The translations under genes and the position numbers were made by a program. Below, piece by piece: positions 56,213 to 63,798 of a DNA stretch of 64,000 nt; within the stretch, counting starts at the first letter, position 1; each line of letters opens with the position of its first letter. The DNA is taken from positions 124,001 to 188,000 of IMG/VR virus record IMGVR_UViG_3300018080_000098; one strand, 5' to 3'. The notes beneath the pieces are model-generated. The model was not told where the DNA came from. It did no database searches and was given only the letters and a program-made list of their open reading frames with translations.

Positions 56213-56539
56213 CTACCAGTTGATGACTACCTTGGCGTTCAAGGCTTCACCGATCTGCTCCTCTAGTCGATGTTGCACCTTACGAAATTCATCACTCTGT
56301 GCTTCGTGCTTCACGTCCCGCAGGAATTCCACACGCTGCGCTGTATCTACAAAGCCCATCTCTCGAGCCACTTTGCTCAGCGCACTCAGAGCGCGGTACA
56401 CATCCATGTGAGCGTCGAAGAGGGCTTTGAAGTCTTCGTGGAGCCACTTGTATCCTTTCTCCACTGTTTCTTTGTCAGCACCTGTTCGGAGATAGGTGGC
56501 GCCTCTGTACTTGATTTTATCGGGTGCTTCTTTACTCAT
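56213..56539 (-). CDS. YxG-motif protein 9
   Basis: PDKIKYRGATYLR. Confidence 0.75.
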   Translation of the reverse strand: MSKEAPDKIKYRGATYLRTGADKETVEKGYKWLHEDFKALFDAHMDVYRALSALSKVAREMGFVDTAQRVEFLRDVKHEAQSDEFRKVQHRLEEQIGEALNAKVVINW

Positions 56540-57083
56540 CGTTTCCTCTCCGTGTGTACTTACGCCCTTTGTACTCGATAGCAGTTGGAGCCGAGCTCGA
56601 GGACCAATGAAGCGTCTTCAGCCCTAGTGGATAGATAGCCTCTTCCGGACCTTCCGCTCCAGGAACTCCCTTCCAGTCGGTGATGTCGCCGCCAGTGATT
56701 GGCTCTCTGCCTTCCTCACTTTCCTGCTGCACGTCACGCTCACGTACCGACCAGGGGAAGTAGCTCGAGGCCAGCTCCGGGTCGAGAATACCAGCTCGCA
56801 AGAAAGTACGCACAGTACGTTGGAGTATCTTGTTGGCTGCTTCCATAGGAGCCGCGAGCCCTGTTAGTCGATTGGCCACCCTCCCATACGATTTTACATC
56901 TTCAGGGTCCCCATGGTCGATTTCCCGCTTGAGGGTGTCCGCACTTTCTGCTACTATGTCGAGGATGGTCGCCAGCTCACCTACCCGCTGTCGGGCCTTG
57001 CGGTACTGCTGGTTCTGAGCGGACACGAGTCGGTATACTCGACCGTGAACACGAATGTGTGTGGGAAGCTTTTCCTGAGACAT
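56532..57083 (-). CDS. YxG-motif protein 10 (copies at both ends)
   Basis: PTHIRVHGRVYRL, PTAIEYKGRKYTR. Confidence 0.75.
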   Translation of the reverse strand: MSQEKLPTHIRVHGRVYRLVSAQNQQYRKARQRVGELATILDIVAESADTLKREIDHGDPEDVKSYGRVANRLTGLAAPMEAANKILQRTVRTFLRAGILDPELASSYFPWSVRERDVQQESEEGREPITGGDITDWKGVPGAEGPEEAIYPLGLKTLHWSSSSAPTAIEYKGRKYTRRGNDE

Positions 57084-57191
57084 AGTTCTACTTCTTTGAA
57101 CATACACGGGAAGGTTCTTTATACTATAACTAGAAAGAACTGAGCTCCCGCTGCGGAAAGCTGTCTTGTAAAACAGAGTAGAGAGGTAACA

Positions 57192-57449
57192 ATGTCACGC
57201 GTGTACAGCAACAATTGGCTCCAGTTGGAAGGTGGCGAACTGGAAGGTTACTATAACGAAGCTATGCAATGGGTGGTCTACAAGAGCTCTAACGACGGTT
57301 TCTGGTACGGCTTTCACAAGAAGTCAGAGCCTGTGTGGCAGATAGGTCCGTACGATACACGAGAGGACGCCATGAATTGGTGCCTCCGTGTTCAGCTGCA
57401 CGCGGATTTCGTGCATGGCAGGGAGCCAAGCACTGTGGCTGCTGGGTGA
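57192..57449 (+). CDS. Hypothetical protein
   Basis: GAGG SD; CTTGTAAAAC element at 57165. Confidence 0.7.
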   Translation: MSRVYSNNWLQLEGGELEGYYNEAMQWVVYKSSNDGFWYGFHKKSEPVWQIGPYDTREDAMNWCLRVQLHADFVHGREPSTVAAG

Positions 57450-57456
57450 ATGTGCC

Positions 57457-57828
57457 ATGTCTGTCGAGCAAGCACTATCTTATTTCGAGAGTGCTCTGCA
57501 CGCGGTGGAGAGCGATCGTGAGCGGGAGTGCGACGAAACCGATTACCACGCTGCTATGGTGTATGTAGGCTACGGGATTTTGCGGCTTCCCGAAGCAGAG
57601 GAACCAAAGGATTGGTTCTGGTTGGTAAAGGAAGACTACTATCAGCTGGTTTCAGCGCTTGTCATGTGGGGCAAAATCGACCACAATCACTTTGTTAAAT
57701 ATCTTAAACGCATGGTCAATCGAGTGAAGCACGACGATCCAGATGGACCAAGCATTGCTTTCAAACGTCGAAAGACTCAGTGGGAGAAAATGCGCGACGG
57801 CGAATTAATTCTTCCGGAGGATTTATAA
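57457..57828 (+). CDS. Hypothetical protein
   Basis: Start at MSVEQAL. Confidence 0.6.
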   Translation: MSVEQALSYFESALHAVESDRERECDETDYHAAMVYVGYGILRLPEAEEPKDWFWLVKEDYYQLVSALVMWGKIDHNHFVKYLKRMVNRVKHDDPDGPSIAFKRRKTQWEKMRDGELILPEDL

Positions 57829-58019
57829 TGCAAGCACAGATACCAGCGCCCGTACCGTTTGAGCCTGCTAGCTTTGTGGACGGGAAGATGCCGAAACGAA
57901 AACAGGTAGTAAGGGAAATGAATATCCACGTCTGTGCAAAGTGCGACGCAGAATTGGAGTACAGCTACCCCACTTACACCTGTCCAGAGTGTGGCGAGAC
58001 TTACACGTTCAAGGTATAA
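57828..58019 (+). CDS. Small Zn-ribbon protein
   Basis: GGAGG SD; CAKC...CPEC. Confidence 0.7.
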   Translation: MQAQIPAPVPFEPASFVDGKMPKRKQVVREMNIHVCAKCDAELEYSYPTYTCPECGETYTFKV

Positions 58020-58023
58020 ACGT

Positions 58024-58251
58024 ATGGTTGACGCACCAGTTGGAACATTCAGGGCTATTGATCGGTGGGCACCTGGCTGCCAGATGGGATCGTTGAAGGT
58101 GTCCCCCTCCGAGTGGTCTGCTGATGGGCGCTACGTCGACTTCCATTGCAAAATCACATTTCTTCCTTTTCCCTGCGAAGCTACTGCTGCACCTGAAGTT
58201 CTGGGAGATGACGATGATTTACACGTTTGGACGGACATTCACTTACGATAA
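58024..58251 (+). CDS. Small protein carrying the PCEATxAPEVLxD motif
   Basis: The motif is shared with 62517..62702. Confidence 0.6.
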   Translation: MVDAPVGTFRAIDRWAPGCQMGSLKVSPSEWSADGRYVDFHCKITFLPFPCEATAAPEVLGDDDDLHVWTDIHLR

Positions 58252-58513
58252 GTACCTGCGCACGGCAATGTTCCCCGAGAAGCTAGGACGAAGCAACGGT
58301 TACCCGGGAGGTTCTGTGTGGAAGACACGTGAGGAAGCTCAGGCTTTCGTTGATAGCTTTCCCAACGGCCACTGTCCTGATTGGGAACCTGAGGACTTTT
58401 CTGTCTACGGCGTGGAAGCTGATTGGGAAACTGATACTTACATCTACGCAGGTGATCACCGAGCTCCTTGGCGGTCCTTGAAGCGCAACGCCAAACTAAT
58501 CAAACTGTCATGA
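58208..58513 (+). CDS. Hypothetical protein
   Basis: Start at MTMIYTF; ends in an ATGA overlap with the next gene. Confidence 0.6.
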   Translation: MTMIYTFGRTFTYDKYLRTAMFPEKLGRSNGYPGGSVWKTREEAQAFVDSFPNGHCPDWEPEDFSVYGVEADWETDTYIYAGDHRAPWRSLKRNAKLIKLS

Positions 58514-59067
58514 ACTACGCAGGTATAGGCACGCGGTACCCTTCCGAGGAACAGGCAGCACTCTGTTCTAAGATTGGTACGTACCTGGCTGTGCGTGGCT
58601 ATGTGCTCCACACGGGAGCAGCTCCCGGTGTAGACCAATTGTTCACTCGAGCAGCTCTCAAAGCTGGAGGCCGAGTAGTCCTGCATCTACCGTGGCCGAA
58701 GCACGAGCAGGAGTTTCGAGATAGCATACCAAAGGAGCTCCAGCAGTTCGTCGAGGTTCGCGTGCTCCAGTCGAAGAAGAAAGAGCGCGACCATATTGCT
58801 TTCGATTCAGTAGACGAGTATCACCCTGCATCCACGAGGCTCAGTTGGGGCGCTCTCTGCCTGCACGCGCGAAACTATCGCATCGTGGTGCCGGAGGACG
58901 ACCACCCAGTGGACTTCGTGCTCGCCTACCCCAGCCCCCACGGTGGCGGAACGATGCAAGGTGTGCGAATAGCTCACGCGCTCGAACGACCGGTAGTGCG
59001 GTTGGACCAGCTTTCGCCTTCTGAAGCAAGAGCCTGGATTAACGACTTGACGCGCACGCACACGTAG
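58510..59067 (+). CDS. SLOG-superfamily (DprA/YspA-like) protein
   Basis: YAGIGTR, LHTGAAPGVD, GGTMQGVRIA. Confidence 0.75.
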   Translation: MNYAGIGTRYPSEEQAALCSKIGTYLAVRGYVLHTGAAPGVDQLFTRAALKAGGRVVLHLPWPKHEQEFRDSIPKELQQFVEVRVLQSKKKERDHIAFDSVDEYHPASTRLSWGALCLHARNYRIVVPEDDHPVDFVLAYPSPHGGGTMQGVRIAHALERPVVRLDQLSPSEARAWINDLTRTHT

Positions 59068-59085
59068 CGCAAAAAGGATAAATTA

Positions 59086-59364
59086 ATGGCAGACACACGT
59101 GTCTACACAGAAGTGACTTCAGATGTTCTATCTTCCTTGCGCGTCCTGCTTGCGAAGAAGCACGTAGAGATGCCTACGGGTGACAGTGGAGACTTCGTGG
59201 TACAGCATGGAGGGCTGGTCACCATCGAGCTCTCCTTCAGTCGGGACGACGAAACCGACGAGCTCGTGCTAGAAATTACGGACAAGCCCGAATACGTTCC
59301 CGAGGACAACGTGTGGAAAGTGTTCGACAAGGGCATTACGGATTGCGGTGGGCAGACTGTTTAG
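59086..59364 (+). CDS. Hypothetical protein
   Basis: AAAGGA SD; 92 aa. Confidence 0.7.
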   Translation: MADTRVYTEVTSDVLSSLRVLLAKKHVEMPTGDSGDFVVQHGGLVTIELSFSRDDETDELVLEITDKPEYVPEDNVWKVFDKGITDCGGQTV

Positions 59365-59380
59365 TGCAGCTATTGTTTCT

Positions 59381-59453
59381 GCTGGCGTAGCTCAACTGGT
59401 AGAGCAGCTGATTTGTAATCAGCCGGTTGGGGTTTCGAGCACCTCCGCCAGCT
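59381..59453 (+). tRNA. tRNA-Thr (UGU), CCA not encoded
   Basis: Acceptor GCTGGCG/CGCCAGC, D stem GCTC/GAGC, anticodon stem GCTGA/TCAGC with TGT at 59414-16, T loop TTCGAGC. Confidence 0.92.
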
Positions 59454-59534
59454 TTCCTCTCTAGTTATCCTCCAATGTACGCCTATTTTACTTGACCTTT
59501 CTAACTAACTCCTATACTGTACGGAGGAAAACTG

Positions 59535-59825
59535 ATGACCACTAAGGTCCCTATGCTAGGTTCCCACTATTTGGAGTCCAGGTTGTACAAAACGTGGCCA
59601 ATATTCAACTACTTAACCTGCACCATCTGCGGCCAGAAGTTTCGGCGCCAATGGATATGGAAATTCCTGAAGCGCCGCAAGTACACCCTTGAGCGTCAGG
59701 AGTACAAATTCGCCTGCCACAGCTGCACCTCGAGTAACTACAACACCGCAGTGAAAGCGTTGGACAAACACTACCAGGAGCTAGCTCTACGACCTTGGAG
59801 AAAAAAGAAACCTTCCCAAAAGTAG
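59535..59825 (+). CDS. Small Cys-containing protein
   Basis: GGAGG SD; CTIC...CHSC; upstream TTTTACTTGACC...TATACT promoter-like site with a short 15-nt spacer. Confidence 0.7.
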   Translation: MTTKVPMLGSHYLESRLYKTWPIFNYLTCTICGQKFRRQWIWKFLKRRKYTLERQEYKFACHSCTSSNYNTAVKALDKHYQELALRPWRKKKPSQK

Positions 59826-59859
59826 CCACATCTTGTAAAATTACCAGAGACGAATTACC

Positions 59860-60516
59860 ATGCTCACGCAAATCGTTTGCATAAGCGACACCCACGGTCG
59901 GCAGGGCGCCCTCCGTGTGCCGGACGGCGACATCCTGATCGTAGCCGGAGACCTTACCGCCTACGGCAAGCGGTCAGAGTACCGCCGATTCAACACTTGG
60001 CTCGAGGAGCTGCCACACAAACACAAAATCGTCATCGCGGGCAACCACGACAAAGCACTCTACTACATGCCCAAAGAGAGCTCACAGGAACGTCTGTCCA
60101 ACGCGACTTACCTTATGGACGATGAGGTAACCGTCGAGGGTATCAGAATTTACGGCTCCCCCTGGACACCGACTTTCTATCACTGGTATTTCATGCTGGA
60201 CCGCGGTCCCGAAATCCGTGCCAAGTGGGACCTGATTCCCGAAGGTATCGATATCCTCGTAACCCACGGACCGCCAGCTGGCTACTGTGACTGGTCCTAC
60301 TACAGTGAAACGTACATGGGCTGCGAGGAGCTCCGCGCTGCCGTAGAACGTGTGCAGCCCAAGTTGCACGTGTTCGGGCACAACCACAGTGACTACGGGC
60401 AAGCCCGTAACGCAAATACGTTGTTTGTGAACGCCTCAGTGTGCACGGAGAGCTACGAACCGATGAACGATCCGGTGGTGATTCACTGGCCCTTTGAAGT
60501 GTGGAAGGATTTGTAA
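59860..60516 (+). CDS. Calcineurin-like metallophosphoesterase
   Basis: ISDTHG, VAGDLT, IAGNHD, LVTHGPP, HVFGHNH. Confidence 0.92.
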   Translation: MLTQIVCISDTHGRQGALRVPDGDILIVAGDLTAYGKRSEYRRFNTWLEELPHKHKIVIAGNHDKALYYMPKESSQERLSNATYLMDDEVTVEGIRIYGSPWTPTFYHWYFMLDRGPEIRAKWDLIPEGIDILVTHGPPAGYCDWSYYSETYMGCEELRAAVERVQPKLHVFGHNHSDYGQARNANTLFVNASVCTESYEPMNDPVVIHWPFEVWKDL

Positions 60517-60767
60517 TGGGACGAGCATTGCGTAGACACCATCGCCAACGCCTCTGGCGAAAGCGCCGCAGATACTACGGCTGCGAGTTCGACCTGGAAG
60601 CAGGATGGCCAGCTAGCTCAGCTAGTAAGCGTGTCGTCATCAACACGCCCAAATTGTGCAGCACCTGTTGCAGCGGTAACTACATGCGCAGATTCTTCGG
60701 TCACGTAACCAGAAAAGAAGAGCTCGCGGAGCTGAAGGAAAAGGAACAGCTGCAGGAGCTCGAGTAG
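60516..60767 (+). CDS. Small basic Cys-containing protein
   Basis: Arg-rich N-terminus; TPKLCSTCC. Confidence 0.6.
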   Translation: MGRALRRHHRQRLWRKRRRYYGCEFDLEAGWPASSASKRVVINTPKLCSTCCSGNYMRRFFGHVTRKEELAELKEKEQLQELE

Positions 60768-60795
60768 CGCCTGTTTATTACGAAGGAGAATTACC

Positions 60796-61029
60796 GTGCT
60801 GAAGAAAGTTGACCTTCAAGGCGAAAGTAACGGCGTAGCGTTGGAGAACGTTCGCCGCATCATTATCGATCGAGGCGACAAAGGTGAAGTGATTATTACG
60901 GAACGAGAAGGCAAACTGTCTGTCTACAGCCAGGGCCGCGTTCTCTATAGTGAGGAAAGTAGACGAGTTACGAGAGGGGCGCGAGGAAACCCTGGTGAGG
61001 GTGCGTATCCAGATACTGATGATTTGTAG
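60796..61029 (+). CDS. Hypothetical protein
   Basis: GAAGGAG SD, GTG start. Confidence 0.65.
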   Translation: MLKKVDLQGESNGVALENVRRIIIDRGDKGEVIITEREGKLSVYSQGRVLYSEESRRVTRGARGNPGEGAYPDTDDL

Positions 61030-61042
61030 TCGAGCAACGTAA

Positions 61043-61115
61043 CGGGGATGTGGTGTAATCTGGTAACACACGTGCTTTGGGAGCACGAATTGCCGTTCAA
61101 ATCGGACGTCCCCGA
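61043..61115 (+). tRNA. tRNA-Pro (UGG) with atypical 8-bp acceptor and shortened T stem
   Basis: CGGGGATG/CGTCCCCG, D stem GTGT/ACAC, anticodon stem CGTGC/GCACG with TGG at 61078-80, T loop TTCAAAT, C1-G72 and A73. Confidence 0.85.
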
Positions 61116-61135
61116 TAAACAAGGAGGGTCAGAAA

Positions 61136-61624
61136 ATGACCGCTAAACAGATCAAAAAATCAGATCTCCGGGAAACACGTTTCCGCCTCGCCCACGAAGA
61201 CCTCAGAGATTCAGGGTCGGGCTGCCTCATCTATCACGTACCAACGAAACAGAGCTGGGTATCAGAAGTAGACCAACACTACATCGACAACAAGAAGACA
61301 GCCATCGAACAGATGTGCAAAGATCTCGGCACTACCGTTGAAGCACTTCAGCAACAACAGGATTCCACCGCCTTCCCTCACTGGGAAACCACCGAGCTGC
61401 ACCACCGGACCATCGGAGGTACCACCATCACGGTGTTCTTCCTTCGAGAAGAGGAAGACCCCGAGCTACGTGGTTGGACGTGGGGACTCGATGACGATCG
61501 AATCGAGTACGATCCCGGTATCTACGAAACAGCCGCAGCAGCCATACGTGCCGCCGAGAAGTGGGCAGACGAAACCCTCGTCGTCAAAGCGTCAGAGAAA
61601 ACTGATGACAGTAAGCCCGATTGA
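61136..61624 (+). CDS. Hypothetical protein
   Basis: AGGAGG SD; 162 aa. Confidence 0.7.
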   Translation: MTAKQIKKSDLRETRFRLAHEDLRDSGSGCLIYHVPTKQSWVSEVDQHYIDNKKTAIEQMCKDLGTTVEALQQQQDSTAFPHWETTELHHRTIGGTTITVFFLREEEDPELRGWTWGLDDDRIEYDPGIYETAAAAIRAAEKWADETLVVKASEKTDDSKPD

Positions 61625-61901
61625 TAGCGTAATCGCTCAGCTGCACAGTAATCTGAGTACCCTCGAGAAATTCGAGAACTTTATCGAACGCGCAACCAAC
61701 GGGCGTTACGACAACGATATGCAGGTGGAAAACCAGGAAGAGGTCAAGGACAACGCCGACCTCCTCATGGCCGCACGAGGTGCCTTGGTCTACCATGTGT
61801 TCGCACGAGCAGCCCAGCTTCTGATGACGGAGGGTGAGCTGGCCGATCTAGTAGAAGACGTCGAAGAGCCTCCAGGTGACGAGGACGATGGGAAAAATTG
61901 A
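61605..61901 (+). CDS. Hypothetical protein
   Basis: Start at MTVSPID. Confidence 0.6.
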   Translation: MTVSPIDSVIAQLHSNLSTLEKFENFIERATNGRYDNDMQVENQEEVKDNADLLMAARGALVYHVFARAAQLLMTEGELADLVEDVEEPPGDEDDGKN

Positions 61902-62118
61902 ATGGTGGCGGATAGACACCCGTTGGGCTTGTGGTGGCCTTCAAACCAGAGATGGTGTAGTCGTCCATGGAGCTCCCATCTTCAAAAAGTTCAAGGGCCA
62001 AACGATCTCCAGATTACGACGCTCCTACCACGTGGAGAAATTAAATGATGGCCCTACAGAAGAGAGAAGCCCTGGCCGAAATCGACCCCGAAATCCTGAC
62101 CTTTCATGGGTTCGATGA
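61888..62118 (+). CDS. Hypothetical protein
   Basis: Start at MGKIEWW; overlaps the next ORF by ~70 nt. Confidence 0.45.
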   Translation: MGKIEWWRIDTRWACGGLQTRDGVVVHGAPIFKKFKGQTISRLRRSYHVEKLNDGPTEERSPGRNRPRNPDLSWVR

Positions 62119-62314
62119 CGCCCTCATCGGCTACACCGACAGTTGGGGACCTGAAAACTCTCGAGATCTCCGCGCCGTCTACAGCTACGAAAAATGCATC
62201 ACCGTCTTGCTGGATGATGGCCTGTCGTACGAGGAAGCTGTGGAGCACCTCGAATTCAACACCCTCGGTGCGTACGTAGGTACGCGGACCCCGGTGGTCG
62301 TACATTTGGTGTAA
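62045..62314 (+). CDS. Hypothetical phage protein
   Basis: GFDDALIG...AVYSYEKC...EEAVEHLEFNTLGAYVG...TP looks like a widespread small phage family (recall, not searched). Confidence 0.7.
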   Translation: MMALQKREALAEIDPEILTFHGFDDALIGYTDSWGPENSRDLRAVYSYEKCITVLLDDGLSYEEAVEHLEFNTLGAYVGTRTPVVVHLV

Positions 62315-62317
62315 ATC

Positions 62318-62515
62318 ATGAAAGAAGACAGCTTCCCTGAACGTTTAGTAGAAGCTGCCAGATTGACAGAGCCCATGTTGCGTGAGTACAGCCAATCCTT
62401 GGCTGACCGACACGACGCCAGCTTGGAAGGGCTTAAACGGTTGCTTACCAACATACACGATATTGAGCCTGAGTTTGCTCAGGTTGTAGAGGACAATTTC
62501 TGGGACTTGGTGTAG
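62318..62515 (+). CDS. Hypothetical protein
   Basis: 65-aa ORF in the packed operon. Confidence 0.55.
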   Translation: MKEDSFPERLVEAARLTEPMLREYSQSLADRHDASLEGLKRLLTNIHDIEPEFAQVVEDNFWDLV

Positions 62516-62516
62516 T

Positions 62517-62702
62517 ATGCCTACGAAGAACCTCCGCGCACATTACTACTCCGAGTGCCGCATGGGGTGTGGCTTCCTTGTAGGAAACGCAACTCCATTG
62601 AAGGTGTGTGCGGTGTGTCGGCAAGAGCTCGAGCTTCCTCCCTGTGAGGCTACTACAGCACCAGAAGTACTAGAAGACGAGTGGAAAGAAATATTACCAT
62701 GA
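62517..62702 (+). CDS. Small Cys-rich protein carrying the PCEATxAPEVLxD motif
   Basis: CRMGC...CAVC; the motif is shared with 58024..58251. Confidence 0.6.
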   Translation: MPTKNLRAHYYSECRMGCGFLVGNATPLKVCAVCRQELELPPCEATTAPEVLEDEWKEILP

Positions 62703-63238
62703 CTACTATTACCGAAGTATTAGGCAAAGCTGCGTCCTCCCAGAGCAGCGTCATCGGCAAGAACGCGAAGCCTGTAGGTATCACACCCGCTATCGCGCTC
62801 ACCAACCCGAAGTTTGCCCACAACGTCGGCGCCGCTCAGCGAGCAGCCTCCTGCTTCGGCGTCCAGCAACTCTGGTTCACCGGCAACAGGGTTTCGCTCG
62901 AGCCCGAGAAGGGCCAGCGTCTTCCCCGCGAAGAACGCATGAAGGGATACAAGGACGTCGAGCTCATCCAATTCGACTACTTCTTCGACCAGTTCACGGA
63001 CGTGACGCCTGTTGCTGTAGAGCTCCGGCCCAACAGTGAGAACCTCGTCCACTTCGAGCACCCCGAAAACGCGCTTTATATTTTTGGCCCCGAAGACGGT
63101 TCCATCCCGCAGGTAGCTCTGCGGCACTGCCACCGCTTCGTCACCATACCAACCAGACACTGTGTGAACCTGGCAGCAGCGGTCTACATCATCCTGTACG
63201 ACCGACTGCTCAAACAGACAAGAGAGGGTAGCTTATGA
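62699..63238 (+). CDS. SpoU/TrmH-family (SPOUT) RNA methyltransferase
   Basis: LTNPKFAHNVGAAQRAASCFG, IFGPEDGSIP, VTIP...VNLAAAVYIILYDR. Confidence 0.88.
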   Translation: MTTITEVLGKAASSQSSVIGKNAKPVGITPAIALTNPKFAHNVGAAQRAASCFGVQQLWFTGNRVSLEPEKGQRLPREERMKGYKDVELIQFDYFFDQFTDVTPVAVELRPNSENLVHFEHPENALYIFGPEDGSIPQVALRHCHRFVTIPTRHCVNLAAAVYIILYDRLLKQTREGSL

Positions 63239-63525
63239 GCGAAGAGAAGAAGGGTGACCTGGTAAAAATCGGCGCGTTGTGGACCAACACAGACAGAAAT
63301 GGTAACAGATGTCTCACTGGGAGAATGGGAGACGCTGTCCTTCTGGTTTTCAAGAACCAGTTCAAGCAAGAAGACAAGCAACCAGACTACATTGCATACG
63401 TTGCGCGTCCTACTGAGAAGAAAGAAGACGGTCCGCAAGATTCCAAAGCCAAGTCGCTTTTCGATGGAAATAGCGGCAACCCCAACGTCGTGAACGCGGA
63501 TGACGGTGCAGATATTCCGTTTTGA
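63235..63525 (+). CDS. DUF736-like small protein ending in an SSB-type DIPF tail
   Basis: KIGALW...G...LTG...VFKN...KQPDY; C-terminus DDGADIPF. Confidence 0.7.
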   Translation: MSEEKKGDLVKIGALWTNTDRNGNRCLTGRMGDAVLLVFKNQFKQEDKQPDYIAYVARPTEKKEDGPQDSKAKSLFDGNSGNPNVVNADDGADIPF

Positions 63526-63528
63526 TCC

Positions 63529-63798
63529 ATGATTTGTAAAGACTGCAAAACTATCATCGGTTTCGAAGAGGAAACCGATACCACAGATTGCCACGTTTGC
63601 CGCGGTGTGCTCTGTCCCGTGTGTACCAAAGAGGGCGATATATGGTACTGCTATAAATGCGACCTGGTGATTTGTGACCAGTGTGTAACCGTAGTCAGCA
63701 GCGACGCCCACGACGACGACATTGATGACGCATCGGAATCCTACACAGTTTGCCCTCTATGTGGCAGAGAGGTTATGCTGTTTAACGACTATTTGTAA
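63529..63798 (+). CDS. Cys-rich Zn-finger protein
   Basis: Six CxxC pairs in 89 aa. Confidence 0.7.
   Translation: MICKDCKTIIGFEEETDTTDCHVCRGVLCPVCTKEGDIWYCYKCDLVICDQCVTVVSSDAHDDDIDDASESYTVCPLCGREVMLFNDYL

Noticed and set aside
59429-59445. tRNA-Thr as a pseudogene because its T stem closes with U-A instead of G-C
   Set aside because: All four stems pair and the change is compensated, so it is probably functional.
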